A stretch of DNA of 62,847 nt, counting the filler, from Stramenopiles sp. TOSAG23-3 (lineage: Eukaryota), in NCBI GenBank assembly GCA_900128585.1. It is 41 parts of 41 records of this genome, joined end to end, with 100 filler letters (N's around TTAATTAATTAA, not from the genome) between each part and the next. Parts side by side here need not be neighbours in the genome. Positions count along the whole stretch, not along the records: positions 56,868 to 58,287 come from LT645876.1; positions 58,388 to 59,807 come from LT645877.1; positions 59,908 to 61,327 come from LT645878.1; positions 61,428 to 62,847 come from LT645879.1; 37 more parts are not named here. One strand, given 5' to 3'. Below the pieces are notes generated by a model, which had not been told where the DNA came from, made no database searches, and was given only the letters and a program-made list of their open reading frames with translations. The translations under genes and the position numbers were made by a program. This document shows, one piece after another, positions 58,074 through 62,847 of the stretch; position 1 is the stretch's first letter; every line of letters starts with the position of its first letter.

Positions 58074-58215
58074 TTGTTACGTTTCTGTTTTGGCGTTTGT
58101 TTTCCTCTCGAATGTTTCTGATCGTTTGAAGTTAAAGGCAAAACTAAGATGAAGTTAAGATAGTTTGAACGGAAAAAATGGATCCCATATCCCGTGATGA
58201 AAATATGGAAACTGG

Positions 58216-58287
58216 ATGTCTAACGACGATGAATTCGGCGGCAAAGACGTATCCTACGTGGCCAAGCAAATCCAAGAAGACCACAAG
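58216..58287 (+). CDS. Gene start MSNDDEFGGKDVSYVAKQ (3'-partial)
   Basis: Divergent from CTL; runs into the contig edge. Confidence 0.4.
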
Positions 58288-58387
58288 NNNNNNNNNNNNN
58301 NNNNNNNNNNNNNNNNNNNNNNNNNNNNNNNTTAATTAATTAANNNNNNNNNNNNNNNNNNNNNNNNNNNNNNNNNNNNNNNNNNNN

Positions 58388-58962
58388 GGAATACTTCTAC
58401 GAAATTGTCGATTGCCACCAATTTCTACCATAGTTTCTTTCACTTGGGCGATGCTCGCCCGCAACAGATTTCTTTTGCGGTAAAACTTAATACAATTACC
58501 CATTGCAATTTTTTTTCTTAGATATTTTTCCGCTTCATCGAAACGCACTTTTGCGTCTCTGAAATTTCGCATCCGGCAATGGAGCGCCCCGCAACAAGCA
58601 AACCAACTGGCCGTGCACAATGAAACGGAATGCAACTTGCGAAACGAAGCAGTCTTTTTCACTAATTTTCGTTTTCGCACTACGATTCGGAGCATGTTTT
58701 CCAAACTGATCGTCGCGTCACTAATGGCGTTTTGTTCTTTCTGGTAGTAAAATGCTCGCTCGTAAAACAGCACAGCTTTTTCATAGTCTTGTGCCCACGT
58801 CTGCTTGCTTCCCGATACCGCTAGTGCTTCCTTTTCTTCTTCTATGATTTTTCCTATTTCCCACCAGTTTCCCGTTTCTAGGTCTACTTCTGGTCCACTC
58901 CTTGCTTTAACAGCGTACTTGCTGCTGCTTACCGAGCTGTCACCAGCAATTTCAACCGACAT
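58388..58962 (-). CDS. TPR-like helical protein (3'-partial)
   Basis: DYEKAVLFYERA and GALH.RMRNFRDAKVRFDEA TPR-like helices. Confidence 0.55.
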
Positions 58963-59661
58963 AATAATATCCAATGACTCGAAACGATGAAAAATGAAAC
59001 GGGTTTCTCCAATTTCTGTCGATATCGTTGAAAAAAACTCTCTGCTTCTGGCAATTTAGAATTCTGCTGTAAAAATGCACGCAAATCCAATTAGACTTCA
59101 AGAACGAACGACGGCTTTGACAATAGAATGCAAAATTCATCTTATTGCTTATTGGTTATATATCCAGTGATGTATTATATTCGGTTCGAACATATTATAC
59201 GCAACAGCGTGCAGCATGATGAAATGAGATACCGTACCGGTACGAGGATGAGTGAGAAAACAACAAATGATTGGTGCACTTATAATCGAATTTTCAATAT
59301 AAATACTTCTTCTTTGTTGTACCAGTATTGGATTGTACGAAGAAGACTAGGAGATTGCGCATTCGTAGTAGAGCCAGACGACTATCATATTAATAATACG
59401 GGTAGGTGGTATTGTAAGAGTAGATAATACCTGGTCTTATAATATATTATAACCGATAGATACCCTGGTAAGATTTTAAGTAACCTTTTTAATAATCTTC
59501 TCAAAAGTCTAAAAATATATCTTTTTTTTAAAGATAGTATAATATTAGAACGTGAATAGTAGGAGTAGTAGTGTCTTAAGAAAACATGAAATACGTGTAC
59601 GCGATTGGAATCATACCGATAGCCTCTGTGGAAGTTCAAAATTTTACGAAAATTTAAATTT

Positions 59662-59752
59662 ATATTGATTACTAAAATCCCAACAGTAGAGATCAGTTCG
59701 TACCACATTAATTTTGATTACTTTTAAACAGTGCAGCCAATTTTTCGTTTTT
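59662..59752 (-). mobile_element. Dispersed element copy 9 (91 bp, diverged) with candidate target-site duplication
   Basis: GTAGAGATCAGTTCGTACCACATTAATTTTGATTAC...CAGCCAATTTTTCGTTTTT flanked by AATTTAAATTT at 59651-59661 and 59753-59763. Confidence 0.8.
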
Positions 59753-59907
59753 AATTTAAATTTTTCTCTTTTTAAAATGTGTGTGTGCTGTATTTTCCTC
59801 CGCCCCTNNNNNNNNNNNNNNNNNNNNNNNNNNNNNNNNNNNNNNNNNNNNTTAATTAATTAANNNNNNNNNNNNNNNNNNNNNNNNNNNNNNNNNNNNN
59901 NNNNNNN

Positions 59908-61327
59908 CATGAGGAATGGATAAATGATTCTACCAAAGAACACGAGGCCGTCATTCGAATCGCTAAAGATCAGCATGAAACATGGTCGGCGGACACCAAG
60001 AGCAAGATTAACGAGAGCATGACTGTAGAAATGTCAAAGAGAATCCAGGCTCACGAAAAGTACATAGAAAGGGAACAAAAGCTGCACGCCGAGAAACTGA
60101 AGAAACTGCAAGAAGAGCACGAGAAAAGAATAGCACTTGAATACGAAGACCACACGATGAAAATAATGCAGAATGAAGACAGTGCACAGAAAAGGATTGA
60201 AGAATCTGTCGTAAAGCACAGAGAATTCATCGAAGAGTCTTTGAAAAACCACAACGAGACGTTGAACACCCAGGCCGACGCGCACGCAGGCGCTTTGAGC
60301 GAAGTAACCGAAGAGCACGCAAAATCCCTCGACGAAGAGAAAGCACAATTTTACGCGGAAATAGAGCGCGCAAAGGAGGCGCACATAAGGGCTCTGGAAG
60401 AAGCGTCGGAAGAAAAGCAAAAGGAATTGCACAGCCAAATTTTGGACAAGTTAGAGGAGAACGAAAACTTGATTAAGAAAGCCAAAGGCGATACTGCGAA
60501 GGAACTCCTTGCCTTGAGGCAAGCGGCAGAAGAAGAGATAGCTCGCGAGAGAGAGAAATGGAAAAGCGAATTAGAAGGAAGCCGCGAGGTGCATGCTGCA
60601 TGGATTCAGAGAGAAACGCATTCCCACACGGCAGCCCTCCAAGAAGAATCAGACAAGCACAAAGAGGCGTTAAGTGAGGATTTCGAAGCAGAGCGCCTTA
60701 AACTGAAGCTAGAAATTGAGGCCACCAAGAAAGAGCACGAAGAGTGGGTGGAGCAAAGAACCGCGGAGCATAATTTGTGGGTCGAAGGTGCTCGAAATAC
60801 TGTAGAACAAAATTTGTTGGTGCGGCAAAACGTACACAACGACAAGTTGCAAGAAGAGCGTAAACTGCACATTCGTGAACTCAACATTGAAAAAGAAGAG
60901 CACAGAAAACTGTTGGAATCCATTCAGATTATGACGTACAAAAACTTAGAATTAGAGAGAACTAGGCAACGGGAGTCATTTGTACCACAAAGTAGTGCAA
61001 TTAGAGAGCCCGCATCGGGCAATGCCGGGGGCCAGTTGAGTTTGTCATCCTTTGCATCCGGTGTGTCCGTTCAAAATGAAAAGAAGGGGGATGGCTACCA
61101 GACGAGTCCAATATCAACGTCAACCCAAATATCAGCACTGGAAAGGTTGTCAAAAAGATACACCCCCAAACGTCCCGCGCAAGCCACACAACGCCCGCCT
61201 GCCCCGCCTCCGTCCCCACCCCCACCGCTTGCACAAATTGACATCACGTCGTCTCCTGATATGGAAACCAGGCAGGTCGGTAGTCCAGGCAGAAGCCCTT
61301 TCAAAAGCTACCAAGGGGAAGACGCTC
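59908..61327 (+). CDS. Long E/K/H-rich coiled-coil protein (partial at both ends)
   Basis: Whole contig open in one frame. Confidence 0.85.
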
Positions 61328-61841
61328 NNNNNNNNNNNNNNNNNNNNNNNNNNNNNNNNNNNNNNNNNNNNTTAATTAATTAANNNNNNNNNNNNNNNNN
61401 NNNNNNNNNNNNNNNNNNNNNNNNNNNTTACAATGTGTGTAGTGCTAGTTGTCTTTTTATACTACCTACCGTTATTTCATGTAGAAAATAGATACCGTGC
61501 TTGTACACGGTGTTATACCGGTACAGTACAGGTATGAAAAACCTCAAGGGGGCCCTAAAGTGTCGCTGATTATTAGGTACAGCAGAAAGCCCATGCTAAT
61601 TTTTGAGATTTTTTTTTGCCATAATAGGATTTAGAATTCCTATTTTATTACATTGGATTGAAGCGCGTGATTTCGCGCGCCACCACCACTACTTTTTTTA
61701 ATACTCCCTCTCTCTTTCCTCTTCTACCCTGGTATTAATATTATACCCCGGTACTACTGTAATAATAAGAAGACAACAAAAAAAATAAATATATAAATAA
61801 TAATAATAAAATATATTAGACGACTATTATCAATAGTCGTG

Positions 61842-61880
61842 CCATTCATGATTAAAGAATCCATTCATGATTAAAGAATC
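61842..61880. repeat. Tandem duplication CCATTCATGATTAAAGAAT x2
   Basis: Direct inspection. Confidence 0.85.
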
Positions 61881-61959
61881 AAGAAAAAGTTACGATAAAC
61901 CAACCAATTGAGCGCAGTAAAAAACACCGTCGAAGGCAAAGGTTTCGTATCAACGCACC

Positions 61960-62658
61960 ATGACAGAAAGGACAGTTGCGGGGGGGGCTTTGCCGATGCT
62001 CATGGCGCTGGTGTTGCGACAACAGAGGGGCGTAGAAAGATCGAATAAGAAATCATACAATCTATTGTCCCGGTCATTTGTAAATGCTTCAGGGGTATCA
62101 TGGGGGGCGTGGTATATGGACATGCTATCCCGCAGGCCATATTTGACAAAAGGGATCACAGGCGCCTCTTTAAAGGTTGCTTCGGACGTCACTGGGCAAC
62201 TACTAGACAAGGGGCATATTTACAACTACCGTTCGATCAAGTCTTTTGCTATTTTCGGCATGTTTATGGACACCCCACTGATGCATGTATGGTACACCTG
62301 GCTGTATACGCAGGCGCCGAAGTACTGCGGCAAGTCCAAGTTTCTGCAAACCTGCTTCCTGACATTAGCCGACCAAATTGTGTTTAACCCCTTCTATTAT
62401 ATATTTTGGTTTGTCTGCCTGGGGACTTTGAATGGGGAGCGTACGACGATAGAGGAACATGTGGCCTACCTGAAGAAAGTACTGGTCCCTACGTTGCTCG
62501 ATGCACTGCGGGTCTGGCCACTGTACACATTTTTATCCGCTTACTTTCTTCCCGAAGCACTTGTTATGCCGGCGGGTAGTTTTGCTGCCTATCTTTTCAA
62601 CACATATTTGAAAATCCAATCAATTCGACGTGACAAATCGGAGGGAAGAAAAGAGTAA
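61960..62658 (+). CDS. Mpv17/PMP22 family membrane protein
   Basis: Y...L.RRPYLTKGIT...SDVTGQ...P.MHVWY...DQIVFNP...WP. Confidence 0.9.
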   Translation: MTERTVAGGALPMLMALVLRQQRGVERSNKKSYNLLSRSFVNASGVSWGAWYMDMLSRRPYLTKGITGASLKVASDVTGQLLDKGHIYNYRSIKSFAIFGMFMDTPLMHVWYTWLYTQAPKYCGKSKFLQTCFLTLADQIVFNPFYYIFWFVCLGTLNGERTTIEEHVAYLKKVLVPTLLDALRVWPLYTFLSAYFLPEALVMPAGSFAAYLFNTYLKIQSIRRDKSEGRKE

Positions 62659-62770
62659 ATGCTGACGGTAGTAGAGTCGTCTACTGACTACTCGTCGTAA
62701 TTAAATCCGAATACAAGTACACAAGTTCGCTAATTATAATTGCGTTTGCAAGAGAGTATTATTACACATT

Positions 62771-62813
62771 AAAACAAGAAAATTGGCTGTTATTTAAGTA
62801 ATTAAATTTAGCT
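62771..62813 (+). mobile_element. Dispersed element copy 10 (TTTAGCT variant)
   Basis: 43-nt exact match to 40753-40795; 113 nt after the Mpv17 stop. Confidence 0.9.
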
Positions 62814-62847
62814 TCGTCGTACCCTAATCCTAACTTGGTTCTGTAAT

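Noticed and set aside
1450-61427. Regularly spaced TTAATTAATTAA 'repeat' resembling an array
   Set aside because: Artificial linker inside N runs; the spacing only reflects length-sorted contigs. ORFs ending in X...LIN are linker artefacts
1-62847. Operon-like or cluster interpretation of neighbouring genes
   Set aside because: Contigs are concatenated by size, so adjacency across linkers carries no information
1-62847. tRNA or rRNA genes and alternative genetic code
   Set aside because: No cloverleaf or rRNA-like segment recognised by eye; conserved genes read through with the standard code and end in TAA, TAG or TGA

Overview
This window is not a contiguous locus. It is 41 short eukaryotic contigs (about 1,420-1,449 bp, sorted by decreasing length) joined by 40 artificial 100-bp linkers (N44-TTAATTAATTAA-N44), so neighbouring contigs are unrelated. 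The DNA looks like a compact, intron-poor protist nuclear genome with AT-rich, microsatellite-rich intergenic tracts. A heterotrophic stramenopile-like source is inferred, not proven. Several fold-back inversion junctions suggest whole-genome-amplified (MDA) material. Recognisable, mostly partial genes: RecQ4/Sld2-like, HSF, CID-domain, Roco COR domain, VTI1-like SNARE, p24/TMED, HECT ligase, TLDc, DHHC, M14 peptidase, enoyl-CoA isomerase, thioredoxin, CTL/SLC44, Mpv17/PMP22 and an ependymin-like protein. Highlights: (1) a dispersed element starting AAAACAAGAAAATTGGCTGTTATTT at 10 loci. It has one fixed end and one variably truncated end, 11-16 bp target-site duplications at three loci, and a strong bias to sit just downstream of stop codons in the gene's orientation, like a gene-3'-end-targeted retroposon. 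(2) A virus/plasmid-like contig encoding a protelomerase-like tyrosine recombinase and a PD-(D/E)xK nuclease. (3) An LRR gene with near-identical 66-bp frameworks, five hypervariable positions per repeat and a CaaX tail. (4) A recurrent palindromic upstream motif TACC-WW-GGTA.
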